From: an uncultured virus (IMG/VR IMGVR_UViG_3300048591_001609)
Taxonomy: Duplodnaviria; Heunggongvirae; Uroviricota; Caudoviricetes
Strand: one strand, 5' to 3'
DNA length: 64,000 bases
Virus record (IMG/VR): IMGVR_UViG_3300048591_001609
The translations under genes were made by a program, and so were the position numbers. The first letter of the stretch is position 1. Each line of letters begins with the position of its first letter. Shown piece by piece: positions 35,452 through 45,249 of the stretch. The notes beneath the pieces were generated by a model. The model saw only the letters and a program-made list of their open reading frames with translations. It made no database searches and had not been told where the DNA came from.

Positions 35452-36015
35452 TTAGGCGATTCGGTAGATCCGCACGCCGTCGGCGCGTTTGGTGCTTTCG
35501 ATGTTGAGGCCCATCTTCTTGGCGAGGCTGCCGGAGAGGAAGCCGCGGACGCTGTGCGCCTGCCATTCCGTTGCGGCCATGATGTCGGCGATGGTGGCGC
35601 CATCCGGGCGGCGGAGCAGTTCGAGGACGATGGCCTTCTTCGAGTTCTCTCGCGGGGTGCGCGCCTTGCGGTCGGCCTTGGTCTCCGTGGTCGCCTGCGG
35701 CGCGGCGGGCGCCTTGGGAGCCGCGTGTTGCGCGGGAGCGGGCCTCAGGGCTTGGACGGCGCGCCAGATCCGGCTGACGGCAGTCTTGCGATCCGTGAAC
35801 TTTTTGACCGGCTTCAGATCCGTGAAGGGCACCACGCCCGCGAAGCTGTTCCAGAGTTCGACGTATCGCCCGATGGGCCACTCGGCCGACAGCTTGGCGA
35901 GTTCGTCCTCACTCGCGAAGGTGCCTTCGATGGCGCCAACGCGGTGGTTGAGAGCATCTTCGAGTTCCGCGAAGGCGGTGATGGTGTTGTCGGTTTCGAT
36001 GGTAAAGGTCGTCAT
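35452..36015 (-). CDS. DUF3489 domain protein
   Basis: RENSKKAIVLELLRRPDGATIADIMAATEWQAHSVRGFLSG..KKMGL..YRI; AAGGAG RBS. Confidence 0.9.
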   Translation of the reverse strand: MTTFTIETDNTITAFAELEDALNHRVGAIEGTFASEDELAKLSAEWPIGRYVELWNSFAGVVPFTDLKPVKKFTDRKTAVSRIWRAVQALRPAPAQHAAPKAPAAPQATTETKADRKARTPRENSKKAIVLELLRRPDGATIADIMAATEWQAHSVRGFLSGSLAKKMGLNIESTKRADGVRIYRIA

Positions 36016-36079
36016 ACGTTTCGGTCTCCTTGGTGGTTGGGATTCGGTTCCGGCTCTGCGGCGGAGGCGAGGAACACGC

Positions 36080-36325
36080 TCAGTAATCGAGGCCTTTGGC
36101 TTCGACCACGCTGCGATCACCCAGGTCGGCGAGCACGTAGGCAAGCTGCTCCGTGATGTGCCCCATGTACATCGCGTAGCCCCAGTTCTTGGGCTCCTCG
36201 GCTTGCCGTTTCTGGTATTCGGCCAAGCCAATCGCGATGCGCTTCAGCAGATCTTCGGCTTCGGAGTGCCGCGCGGCGTAGCGGGCGGCGGCAGTCTCTT
36301 GGGTCTTCGATTTGGTGTTCCTCAT
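36080..36325 (-). CDS. Hypothetical protein
   Basis: 81-aa helical ORF with NWGY motif upstream of DUF3489. Confidence 0.65.
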   Translation of the reverse strand: MRNTKSKTQETAAARYAARHSEAEDLLKRIAIGLAEYQKRQAEEPKNWGYAMYMGHITEQLAYVLADLGDRSVVEAKGLDY

Positions 36326-36412
36326 TGCGAACCCATTCATCACTTCGGCGGGTAGAACAAGCAAGCGAAATCGGATCAAAATTCCGGGCAGCAGCCGGAA
36401 TGAATGAGAGCC

Positions 36413-36901
36413 ATGGCAGAGCGGTTGATGACGCAGGCTGAGTACGCGCGTCACCGCGGAAAGAGCCGCCAGTACATCAGCCGGTTGGCCAAGGCGGGCG
36501 TGCTGGTGATGCGGGGCGGGAAGGTGGATGCGGCGGCGTCCGATGCCGTGCTCGATGATCGGCCCGAGCCGGTCTCCGAACGTGTGACTGCGACGCCGGC
36601 GGATGTCGCGCCCACGGGAACGACCTTCACGCAGGCGAAGACTGCTGACATGGTGTTCAAAGCCAAGCTCCGAAAGATGGAATACGACCTGCGAACGGGG
36701 AAGCTGGTGGAAGCCGAAATCGTCAAGCAGCGCTGGTCGGCCATCCTGCGGCTGATCGTCGATCGCATCCTTGCCTGGCCCAATCGCCTGGCGCCCGAAG
36801 TGGCGGCACTCACCGATGAGCGTCAAGTGCGGGAGGCGATCCTGCGCGAGGCCCGGGCGCTGATCAACGACCTTCGCTCCGAAACCCAGTATGCGCGTTG
36901 A
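36413..36901 (+). CDS. Terminase small subunit (Nu1-like)
   Basis: MTQAEYARHRGKSRQYISRL HTH, GKLVEA, immediately upstream of GpA. Confidence 0.8.
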   Translation: MAERLMTQAEYARHRGKSRQYISRLAKAGVLVMRGGKVDAAASDAVLDDRPEPVSERVTATPADVAPTGTTFTQAKTADMVFKAKLRKMEYDLRTGKLVEAEIVKQRWSAILRLIVDRILAWPNRLAPEVAALTDERQVREAILREARALINDLRSETQYAR

Positions 36902-38723
36902 GGAGATTCAGATTCTGGCGGCCGAGGTGCTGGCGCCACCGCCCGATCTGACGGTCTCCGAGTGGGCGGATGCCAATCGCAGATTGTCGTCGGAATCCGC
37001 AGCCGAGAAAGGCGAATGGCGCACGGACCGGGCTCCTTATCAGCGGGCGGTGATGGACGCGATGGGGCCGAACAGTCCGTTCGAAACGGTCGTGATGATG
37101 TGGGCAGCCCAGTCGGGCAAAAGCTCACTTCTTGAGAACTTTCTCGGCTACGCGATTGAGCTCGATCCGGGTCCGGTGCTGCTGGTTGAGCCGCGCGAAG
37201 TGGACGCCGAGGCCTTCTCGAAAGATCGCCTGGCGCCGATGCTGCGCGACACGCCATCGCTCGCGGGCAAGGTGGCCGATTCGCGTTCGCGCGATGCCAA
37301 CAACACGATCCTGCACAAGAAGTTTCTGGGTGGGTCGATCACGCTCGCTGCCGCCAACTCCCCGGCAGGTCTGGCGATGCGTTCGATTCGCTACTGCCTG
37401 CTCGATGAGGTGGACCGGTATCCGGCCAGCGCGGGCAGTGAAGGCGATCCGGTGAACCTGGCCATCACCCGCACGGCGAATTTCTGGAACCGGAAAGTGG
37501 TGCTGTGCTCAACGCCCACGACCAAGGGCGCCTCGCGCATCGAGCATTCATGGCTCAATTCGAACCAGCAGAGCTACTGGGTACCTTGCCCGCACTGCGG
37601 CGAGATGCAGGTGCTGCGCTGGGAGCGGCTGCGGTGGCCGAAGGGCGAACCCGACCGGGCGGCCTACCACTGCGAGCATTGCGCCGGCGAGATCCAGGAC
37701 TGGCAGAAGCACCAGATGCTGCGAGCTGGCGAGTGGCGTGCCGCGCGGCCCGAGGTGACCGATGTGGCGGGCTTCTGGGTGAACGGGCTTTACTCCCCTT
37801 GGCGCAAGTGGGGAGCGCTCGCCAAGAAGTTCAGCGTCGACAAGCAATCGGTCGAAACCCTGCGCGAGTTCGTGAACACCGTGCTCGCCGAGCCCTGGGA
37901 CGATGCGGCCGAAACCACCGTCGACCAGGCTACGGTGATGGCGCGCCGGGAACACTACCGGGCGGCGGTTCCCTATGGCGCCGTGGTGCTTACGGTGGGC
38001 ATCGATGTCCAGAAGGACCGGCTGGAACTGGAGTTGGTCGGCTGGGGGCGTGGCGAGGAATCGTGGTCGATTGAGTATCGCGTACTGCCGGGCGATCCCT
38101 CGGGTGCGTTGGTGTGGCAGGAACTCGATACGTACCTGGAGCGCCGCTGGCAGCACGAGACGGGTATCTCGCTTCCCGTGGCTGCGTGCGCGATTGACTC
38201 GGGCTACGAATCGCAGGCTGTATATGAGTTCTGCCGAACGCGCTACCACCGGCGCATCTTTGCGGTGAAGGGCAAGGGCGGACCGTTGCCCGTGTGGCAG
38301 CGCAAACCAACGGCACGCAACATCCGCGGCGAGAAGCCCTGGATTGTCGGCACGGATACGGCGAAGGAAACGATCTACGGGCGGCTGAAGAATCCGACAC
38401 CCGGAACGCCCGGCTACTCTCACTTCCCGGCAGAGCGCGGGGAAAGCTACTTCGAACAACTGCTAGGCGAGGTGCTGATTACGACGTATGCCAAAGGCCA
38501 GCCGAAACGCGAGTGGCGGCCGAAGCCTGGCGTTCGCCAGGAAGCGCTCGACGCCCGGGTCTACGCTTATGCGGCGCTGCGGGCGTTGGTCTCCATGGGC
38601 CTCTCGCTCGACAACGAGGCTGACCGCATCCTGGTTGCAAACCATCCACGTCCGGTGCCCGAGGATGATCCCGACCGGGAGAAGTGGCTCGGGAACCGCC
38701 GAAAGAACTGGTTATCACGATGA
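36891..38723 (+). CDS. Terminase large subunit, GpA family
   Basis: PPPDLTVSEWAD, AQSGKS, LLDEVDRYP, STPT, VPCPHCG, GIDVQKDRLE, IDSG, EALDARVYA. Confidence 0.95.
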   Translation: MRVEEIQILAAEVLAPPPDLTVSEWADANRRLSSESAAEKGEWRTDRAPYQRAVMDAMGPNSPFETVVMMWAAQSGKSSLLENFLGYAIELDPGPVLLVEPREVDAEAFSKDRLAPMLRDTPSLAGKVADSRSRDANNTILHKKFLGGSITLAAANSPAGLAMRSIRYCLLDEVDRYPASAGSEGDPVNLAITRTANFWNRKVVLCSTPTTKGASRIEHSWLNSNQQSYWVPCPHCGEMQVLRWERLRWPKGEPDRAAYHCEHCAGEIQDWQKHQMLRAGEWRAARPEVTDVAGFWVNGLYSPWRKWGALAKKFSVDKQSVETLREFVNTVLAEPWDDAAETTVDQATVMARREHYRAAVPYGAVVLTVGIDVQKDRLELELVGWGRGEESWSIEYRVLPGDPSGALVWQELDTYLERRWQHETGISLPVAACAIDSGYESQAVYEFCRTRYHRRIFAVKGKGGPLPVWQRKPTARNIRGEKPWIVGTDTAKETIYGRLKNPTPGTPGYSHFPAERGESYFEQLLGEVLITTYAKGQPKREWRPKPGVRQEALDARVYAYAALRALVSMGLSLDNEADRILVANHPRPVPEDDPDREKWLGNRRKNWLSR

Positions 38724-38920
38724 AGGTGCGCAGTCAGAATCAGAGCCATTCAACGGGCAATACCCCGCGCGGCGAGGCCTGGGAATATCTCACTGTCACC
38801 GGTGAGGCGGAATCTCCCGCGTTGCTCGCCGAGCATGGCGCGCAAGGGTGGGAACTGGTTTCCGTGGTCCGCGAGTTTGGCACCCGGGCGACGTTCTACT
38901 TCAAGCGGAGACGCGCATAG
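38720..38920 (+). CDS. DUF4177-like small protein
   Basis: WEYLTV...LAEHGAQGWELVSV...FYFKR. Confidence 0.7.
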   Translation: MKVRSQNQSHSTGNTPRGEAWEYLTVTGEAESPALLAEHGAQGWELVSVVREFGTRATFYFKRRRA

Positions 38921-39124
38921 ATGGCCTGGACCCAATCACAGTTCGATGCCATCGAAGCAGCGATCGCGAGTGGAGAGCTCACCGTTCGTTTCGGGGATCG
39001 CACGGTCACCTACCGCTCTGTGGATGAACTGCTGCAGGCGCGGGCGGTGATCAAGGAATCGATCGACGCGGGCACGGGCAAGGTGACCGATCGGTTTTCG
39101 TTCGCGCAAACCTCAAAGGGATGA
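38921..39124 (+). CDS. gpW-like head-tail joining protein
   Basis: AIASGELTVRFGDRTVTYRSVDEL; position before portal. Confidence 0.85.
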   Translation: MAWTQSQFDAIEAAIASGELTVRFGDRTVTYRSVDELLQARAVIKESIDAGTGKVTDRFSFAQTSKG

Positions 39125-40608
39125 ACTGGCTCGACAATGCCATCACATGGTTCGCCCCCGAGGTGGGTCTGCGGCGGATGCGCGCACGGCGTGCATCGGA
39201 TCTGATTCGCCTGGCGTACGAAGGTGCCCGCTCCGACCGGCGCACCGGCGGCTGGGTGACTTCGGCCAACTCGGCCAACGCCGAAATCGGTGTGGCACTT
39301 ACCAAGCTGCGCGAACGCTCGCGGGATCTCGTGCGGAACAACGCCTATGCGGCGCGGGCAGTGGCGGAGATTGTGGGGAATGCCATCGGTACCGGCATCA
39401 CGGTGCAATCCCGCAGCGGAGATGCCACGCGCGACGCTGCGACCAACGAAGCCTGGGCCAAGTGGGCGCAGACCTGCGATGCCGATGGGCAACTGGACTT
39501 CGCGGGCATCCAGGCGCTCGTGGCGCGGACCGTAGTCGAGAGCGGGGAGTGCCTCGTACGCCTCCGGCTTCGGCGCCCGGGCGATGGCTTTGCCATTCCG
39601 CTTCAACTGCAGGTGCTTGAGCCCGACTTTCTCGACCAGACGAAGACCCAGAAGACCGATACGGGCTACATCATCCAGGGCGTCGAGTTCGACCGGCTTG
39701 GCCGTCGCATCTTCTACTGGCTCTATGGCCAGCATCCGGGCGACGTGGTGCAAACGGGCTTGCGCGCTGGTTTGGGCCTCCATTCCGTACGCGTGCCGGC
39801 ATCCGAAGTCCTGCACATCTACCGCAAGGACCGCCCAGGCCAGGTACGTGGCGTGCCGTGGCTGGCGCCCGTAATCGTCAAGTTACGCGACCTCGATGAG
39901 TACGAGGAAGCCGAGCTCGTTCGCAAGAAGATCGAAGCCTGCTTTGCCGCATTCATTACGCAACCACATGGCCCAGATGGCCTCCCCATTGCGCCCAGCA
40001 CGACGGATCCGGCAACAGGCAAACGTGTGGAGAGCTTCGAGCCCGGCATGATCGAGTATCTGAAGCCCGGAGAAGAGATTTCCTTTGCGGCGCCATCGGC
40101 ATCAGCGGGCTATCGCGATTACGTTGCCGCTAAACAGGCGCAGATCGCCACCGGGCTGCAGTTGACCTACGAGCAACTGACCGGTGATCTGTCGCGCGTG
40201 AACTATTCGAGCTATCGCGCCGGGCTGCTCAGCTTCCGCAATGGCATCGAAAGCTTTCGCTGGCTCACGTTCATTCCGATGTTCTGTACGCCGGTGTGGG
40301 AGCGCTTCGCGCAGGTGGCTTACCTCGCCGGATTGATTGCGGAACCCGAAACGGCACCCGCCGAATGGACGCCGCCCGGCTTCGGCACGGTGGATCCCTA
40401 CAAAGACTCCGTCGCCACGCTCAACCGGCTCCGCACCGGCACACTCACCCTGCGCCAGGCGATCGCCGAGCAGGGTTACGATCCCGACGCGCAGCTTGCG
40501 CAAATTGCCGAGATCAACCAATTGCTCGATGAGCGCGGCATTGTGCTCGATTGCGATCCGCGGCGTGTCACCCAGGCGGGTGCTCAGCAGAAGGAACTTA
40601 GCGAATGA
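39121..40608 (+). CDS. Phage portal protein, lambda family
   Basis: YEGA, LRERSRDLVRNN, GQVRGVPWLAP, LTGDLSRVNYSSYRAG. Confidence 0.95.
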   Translation: MNWLDNAITWFAPEVGLRRMRARRASDLIRLAYEGARSDRRTGGWVTSANSANAEIGVALTKLRERSRDLVRNNAYAARAVAEIVGNAIGTGITVQSRSGDATRDAATNEAWAKWAQTCDADGQLDFAGIQALVARTVVESGECLVRLRLRRPGDGFAIPLQLQVLEPDFLDQTKTQKTDTGYIIQGVEFDRLGRRIFYWLYGQHPGDVVQTGLRAGLGLHSVRVPASEVLHIYRKDRPGQVRGVPWLAPVIVKLRDLDEYEEAELVRKKIEACFAAFITQPHGPDGLPIAPSTTDPATGKRVESFEPGMIEYLKPGEEISFAAPSASAGYRDYVAAKQAQIATGLQLTYEQLTGDLSRVNYSSYRAGLLSFRNGIESFRWLTFIPMFCTPVWERFAQVAYLAGLIAEPETAPAEWTPPGFGTVDPYKDSVATLNRLRTGTLTLRQAIAEQGYDPDAQLAQIAEINQLLDERGIVLDCDPRRVTQAGAQQKELSE

Positions 40609-42488
40609 ACGAACAGACCCCAACCCGCGAGCGACTGGCCGCGGAATTCGAAGCGCTCTCGCCGGCGAGCCGCGAGGACCGCACCGCCACGCTCACCTGG
40701 TACACCGGCACCGCCGTGCGACGCTTCGATGGCCGGGGCTCCTACGAGATGCGCTTCTCGATGGACCCAGCCTCCATCCGCATGGGACGCATGGCCAGCG
40801 GGTCGGCGCCGCTCTTGAACTCTCACCGCGACTTCACCGTCGATGACGTGATTGGCGTGATCACAAAAGCCTGGGTCGAGAACGGCATCGGCAAGGCAAC
40901 CGTGCGGTTCTCCAAGCGTGCCGAGGTCGACCCCATCTGGCAGGACGTCCAAGACGGCATCCTGCGCAACGCCTCGATGGGTGTGGCGATTCACGGCATC
41001 GAAGATGTCACGCCGAGCGACGCAACGCTGCGCCAGGTACTGGTGACCGATTGGGAACCCGAGGAAGTCTCCCTGGTTCCCATCGGCGCCGACCCGGGCG
41101 CGGGATTCCGGTTTCAACGGGCAACAGGCCCACAGGAGGAAACGATGGAGGAAACAACCCTCATCGAGACGGGCACCGAGGCCCGGTCGGAGATCAACAT
41201 GGATGCCGAGCGACAGGCGGCAGCGCTGGCCGAGCGCACACGCATCCAGGAACTGGAGAAGGTGGGTCGCGCGGCGGGGCTCGATGCCAAGCTGGTGGCG
41301 CAGCACGTCGAGGCAGGCACCACCGCGGATGAGTTCCGCAAGCTGGCCCTCGAAGAGTTGGCACGGCGCAGTGGGGACACACCCATCCGCAGTGCGGCTG
41401 CCGACATCACGCGCGATGAAGCGGACACCCGACGCGTAGGCATTGCAGCCGCGTTGCTCCACCGCTACGATCCCGCGCTGTTCCCCTTCCGGAACGATCT
41501 GGGACGGGACTTTGCCGGCCAGACGCTGCTCGATATTGGGCGCGAGTGCCTCGATGCTGTAGGCACGCGCACCCGCGGTATGGCGCGCCATGAGATCGCG
41601 AAGCTTGCGCTCTCGACCTCGGACTTCCCGCACATCCTGGCCGATGTGGCGAACAAGACCCTGCGGCAGGCCTATGATGCCTACCCGCGCACCTTCCTGC
41701 CCTTCTCGCGGCGCCGCTCTGCAGTCGACTTCAAGAACATCAACTCGGTGCAGTTGGGCGAGGCGCCGAGTCTGCAGAAGGTAAACGAGAAGGGCGAGTT
41801 CACGCATGGCTCGATCGCCGAATCGAAGGAAACCTACAAGCTCGCCACCTATGGCCGGATCGTTTCGATCACCCGGCAGGTGATCATCAACGATGATCTC
41901 AGCGCCTTCACCCGCATCCCGGCGGGCTTCGGTGTGGCGGCGGCGACGCTCGAAAGCGACACCGTCTGGGGCATCATTACTTCGAACCCCAACATGGGCG
42001 ACGGGGTGGCGCTGTTCCATGCCAACCACGCGAACCTGCTCACCGGCGCAGGCACGGCGCTCGCGCTCACCGGGCTTGGCTCCGCCATGGCGGCGATGGC
42101 AAAGCAGAAGGGTCTTGATGGCGTGACGGTGCTGAACGTGCAGCCGCGCTACGTGGCCATTCCCGTCGCGCTGCAACTCACCGCCTTCCAGTTGATTGCC
42201 TCGAACTTGGCGCCGGCACAATCGGCCAACGTGGTACCCGAATACATCCGGGCGCTCACGCCGATTGCCGAGCCGCGCCTCGACGCTGCCAGCACCGGCG
42301 CCTGGTATCTGTTCGCTTCGCCCGACCAGATCGACACCATCGAGTACGCCTACCTCGAAGGGCAGGATGGGGTCTACATCGAAACCCGGCAGGGCTTTGA
42401 CGTCGATGGCGTTGAGATCAAAGCCCGGCTCGACTTCGGCGCCAAGGCCATCGACTGGCGCGGGATGCAAAAGAACGCCGGATCGTAA
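40605..42488 (+). CDS. Prohead protease-major capsid fusion protein
   Basis: N-terminal PLLNSH..ILRNASMG..WEPEEVSLVPIGAD protease; C-terminal STSDFP..TYGRIVSITRQVIINDDL..RLDFGAKAIDWRG capsid. Confidence 0.9.
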   Translation: MNEQTPTRERLAAEFEALSPASREDRTATLTWYTGTAVRRFDGRGSYEMRFSMDPASIRMGRMASGSAPLLNSHRDFTVDDVIGVITKAWVENGIGKATVRFSKRAEVDPIWQDVQDGILRNASMGVAIHGIEDVTPSDATLRQVLVTDWEPEEVSLVPIGADPGAGFRFQRATGPQEETMEETTLIETGTEARSEINMDAERQAAALAERTRIQELEKVGRAAGLDAKLVAQHVEAGTTADEFRKLALEELARRSGDTPIRSAAADITRDEADTRRVGIAAALLHRYDPALFPFRNDLGRDFAGQTLLDIGRECLDAVGTRTRGMARHEIAKLALSTSDFPHILADVANKTLRQAYDAYPRTFLPFSRRRSAVDFKNINSVQLGEAPSLQKVNEKGEFTHGSIAESKETYKLATYGRIVSITRQVIINDDLSAFTRIPAGFGVAAATLESDTVWGIITSNPNMGDGVALFHANHANLLTGAGTALALTGLGSAMAAMAKQKGLDGVTVLNVQPRYVAIPVALQLTAFQLIASNLAPAQSANVVPEYIRALTPIAEPRLDAASTGAWYLFASPDQIDTIEYAYLEGQDGVYIETRQGFDVDGVEIKARLDFGAKAIDWRGMQKNAGS

Positions 42489-42503
42489 TCGAGGAGGAAA
42501 CTC

Positions 42504-42845
42504 ATGAGAAATTTCATTCAGCGCGGCGAGACCCTGACGCTCGCCGCTCCCTATGCGGTCACTTCCGGAGCCGGGGCCCTGGTTGGCTCCATCTTCGGTG
42601 TGGCCGCGAACGACTACGGCAACGGCGAAGAAGGCGAGTTCCAGGTGGCGGGCGTCTTCGACCTCGTCCGCGAAACCGGCGCCAGCACGGGCTGGACACC
42701 GGGCACGCTCATCTACTGGGACAACACCAACAAGCGCGTCACCAAGACCGTCGGCACAAACAAGCTGATCGGCGTCGCCACACGCGCGGCGGCCGACGGC
42801 GATGCCACCGGACGTGTGCGGCTGAACGGTGCCTTCATCGCTTGA
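42504..42845 (+). CDS. DUF2190 capsid decoration/cement protein
   Basis: MRNFIQRGETLTL..GSIFGVA..IYWD..VRLNG. Confidence 0.85.
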   Translation: MRNFIQRGETLTLAAPYAVTSGAGALVGSIFGVAANDYGNGEEGEFQVAGVFDLVRETGASTGWTPGTLIYWDNTNKRVTKTVGTNKLIGVATRAAADGDATGRVRLNGAFIA

Positions 42846-43144
42846 TGGAGTTCGCTGATTCCATCGCGCGCATGGATGCGGCCTGCCTGCGGGTCTTCGG
42901 ACGGGAGGTCACCTATCTCCCCGAGGCTGGCGGGCAGGCCACAGTCCGTGCCGTGTTCCAGCCCACGCGCGAGGCCGAGGAGAGCGCCATCGGCGTCTGC
43001 TCGGTGCTCTTCGTGAGGCCGGCGGATCTGCCGTCTGCTCCGCAACGGGGCGACGAAGTGGAAGTCGATGGCCAGCGTTACAAGGTCTTTGACATCGAGG
43101 CGGACACGAGCGGTGCAGCGGTGCTGCGGTTGAGGAAGGTCTAG
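42845..43144 (+). CDS. Head-tail joining protein (gpFII-like)
   Basis: 99 aa beta-rich, PQRGDEVEVDGQRYKV; position after capsid. Confidence 0.7.
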   Translation: MEFADSIARMDAACLRVFGREVTYLPEAGGQATVRAVFQPTREAEESAIGVCSVLFVRPADLPSAPQRGDEVEVDGQRYKVFDIEADTSGAAVLRLRKV

Positions 43145-43146
43145 CG

Positions 43147-43602
43147 ATGGGATCCGTCCGGGTCTACCAGAAGAAGCAACTGCGGCTCGATCTGCTCAAC
43201 TTCAAGCAGCGGCAGATGTACGAGTTGGGTTCTGTCGGCGTGGCCACCGTCAAGGAACGGCTGGCCGCTTCCCAGGGGCCCGAGGACAGCCCGGCCAAGC
43301 CGCTGCGCAAGGGTTACGCCATCTGGAAGACCAAGCAGGGGAAGGGCAACCGCCGCAACCTGACGCTCTCGGGCGACATGCTGCGGAACTTTGAGGTCCG
43401 GACGGTAAGCGAGAAGCGCGCCAAGGCCAGCCTCACCACCCGCAAGAACCGCATCAAGGGCTGGGCCAATCAACACATCGAGACCTGGACGGTGTTCTCC
43501 GCGAAGAACGCAGCAGCCGTTGTGAAGGCGGCCCAGAGGGTGTTGGAAGCGATGAAGCCACGATTGCTGGTGGAACGCTTCCTCGGAGGGCGCCAACGGT
43601 GA
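43147..43602 (+). CDS. Neck/tail completion protein (putative)
   Basis: Basic 151-aa ORF, RNLTLSGDML; positional. Confidence 0.6.
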   Translation: MGSVRVYQKKQLRLDLLNFKQRQMYELGSVGVATVKERLAASQGPEDSPAKPLRKGYAIWKTKQGKGNRRNLTLSGDMLRNFEVRTVSEKRAKASLTTRKNRIKGWANQHIETWTVFSAKNAAAVVKAAQRVLEAMKPRLLVERFLGGRQR

Positions 43603-44072
43603 TCAACCCGGCAGAACTCGTCGATAACCTTGTCGCTTTGCTCCGCGAGATCCCCGACCTCATCACCGAAATGGGCGGCGATGAAACGCGGATCTTCGCT
43701 TATCACGACCAGTATCCGAAGCGGGCGAGCCTGGCTGCTGCCATCCACGATATGCCGGCGCCCGGTATCCTCGCCGTCTGGCAGGGAACGCAGCCCGGCA
43801 GCTTCGGCAATGTGGATGTCTGGAAGCACCAGGTAACGCTCTACCTGCGGGCGCGCGAAACCTACGACGGCGATCCTCCCACCGCCTACTACCGGCTCTT
43901 CCGGCTAATCACCAAGGGCGAGCCGTCATCCCTGGGCGTGCCCATGATGAACGCTACCGTGCACCCGAGTTGCTATCCCATGGAACCGCCGCTCATCGAG
44001 CGGCAGACCGACGCCGAGGGGCTCGATTACTTCGAGATGCCCTTCACCTTCACGGAGATGGGAGATGACTGA
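43599..44072 (+). CDS. Tail terminator-like protein (putative)
   Basis: 157-aa acidic ORF before tail tube; positional. Confidence 0.55.
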   Translation: MINPAELVDNLVALLREIPDLITEMGGDETRIFAYHDQYPKRASLAAAIHDMPAPGILAVWQGTQPGSFGNVDVWKHQVTLYLRARETYDGDPPTAYYRLFRLITKGEPSSLGVPMMNATVHPSCYPMEPPLIERQTDAEGLDYFEMPFTFTEMGDD

Positions 44073-44256
44073 GACCGTCTGGCTTTCGCCACCGCACGGC
44101 GAGGGCGATCCACAGGAAGTGGAAGCCACGCCCCAGGTGCTGGTGCCATTGATGACTGCGGGCTGGAGCCAGTGCCCGCCCCAGCAAGAGGAAACCCATG
44201 TCGACGACACGACTCCAGGAACTGCAGATCTGCTTCGGCAAGCAGATGCAGACTGA
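44065..44256 (+). CDS. Small hypothetical virion-region protein
   Basis: 63-aa ORF with GGGAG RBS, LMTAGWSQC. Confidence 0.5.
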   Translation: MTETVWLSPPHGEGDPQEVEATPQVLVPLMTAGWSQCPPQQEETHVDDTTPGTADLLRQADAD

Positions 44257-45238
44257 CATTCAAACGGCCAACACCGCCGTCCAGATGTGGCAGTTGCGCA
44301 AGCTCAACGCGCAGCTCGCGAACCCGAAGCTCAACACAGAGAACGATGCCGAGGAGTTCGGCAAGGGCCACGAGTTTGCCGTCCAATCCTTCCAAACGTC
44401 CTGGGACGTCAACGGCACGCTCGAGAAGTATCTCAGCGCGGAGATTGCCGCCTGGGCGATGGCCTTCGGGCTGGGTAAGGTCGTGAAGTCGGGTACAGCG
44501 CCCAACTTCACGTACACCGCGACGCCGCTGATTCCTTCGGCGGGTGACGACGCGGAACTGCCCTACTTCAGCTTCGTCGAGCAGATCCGCCCGGGCGCCG
44601 GCGTGGTGCTCGACCGAATGGCCATCGGTTGTGTGGTGGAAGGTTGGACGATCTCGATCGGCTCGGGACCGGGCCGGGCGAACTCGAAGATCACGGTTGA
44701 GTTTGTAGGCTCAGGGAAGTTCGCCGAACCCTCCAGCATCGTGATTCCCGCCGCCACCCTCGAAAAGCTGCTGCCCTCGGCGTCTCTCACGCTCTCGATC
44801 AATGGCGTCAATTACGTCACCAACAAGAACATCGTCTCGCTCGAAACCGCATGGAAGAACAATGTCCGCGCGGACGGCGGTTTCTATCCTGGCTCGGGGT
44901 TCCAAACGCCCGGAGACGCCACCAGTGGCGCCATCCGCGGGCGCCTCGAGTTCGGCAACCGGCAGGGCACGCTGAAGTTTGTCGCGCGCTTTGAGAACGG
45001 GTCGAGTGAACTCACGAAGCTTCGCAGCCAGACGAGCGGTACCGCCACCATCGGGCTCAGCTACGACGCCAACAATTCCCTCGACATCACCTGGCAGAAG
45101 GTCTCCTTCGCCACAGCGGAAGTAGGCGAGACGGACGGAATCGTCACCGTCTCGGTCGATTGCCTGCCGATGTGGCATGAGACCAACGGCATCGTCGCCG
45201 CCGTCGCCAAGTGCGGTATCGACAACATCGGCCAGTAA
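44198..45238 (+). CDS. Major tail tube protein (putative)
   Basis: 346-aa beta/Ser/Thr-rich ORF with GAGG RBS preceding chaperone and tape measure. Confidence 0.7.
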   Translation: MSTTRLQELQICFGKQMQTDIQTANTAVQMWQLRKLNAQLANPKLNTENDAEEFGKGHEFAVQSFQTSWDVNGTLEKYLSAEIAAWAMAFGLGKVVKSGTAPNFTYTATPLIPSAGDDAELPYFSFVEQIRPGAGVVLDRMAIGCVVEGWTISIGSGPGRANSKITVEFVGSGKFAEPSSIVIPAATLEKLLPSASLTLSINGVNYVTNKNIVSLETAWKNNVRADGGFYPGSGFQTPGDATSGAIRGRLEFGNRQGTLKFVARFENGSSELTKLRSQTSGTATIGLSYDANNSLDITWQKVSFATAEVGETDGIVTVSVDCLPMWHETNGIVAAVAKCGIDNIGQ

Positions 45239-45249
45239 GGAGTTCCCTC

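Noticed and set aside
40584..42470. Long antisense ORFs (e.g. 628 aa here, 31741-33447, 55034-56620, 5026-6315)
   Set aside because: Shadow frames of GC3-rich real genes on the opposite strand; no motifs
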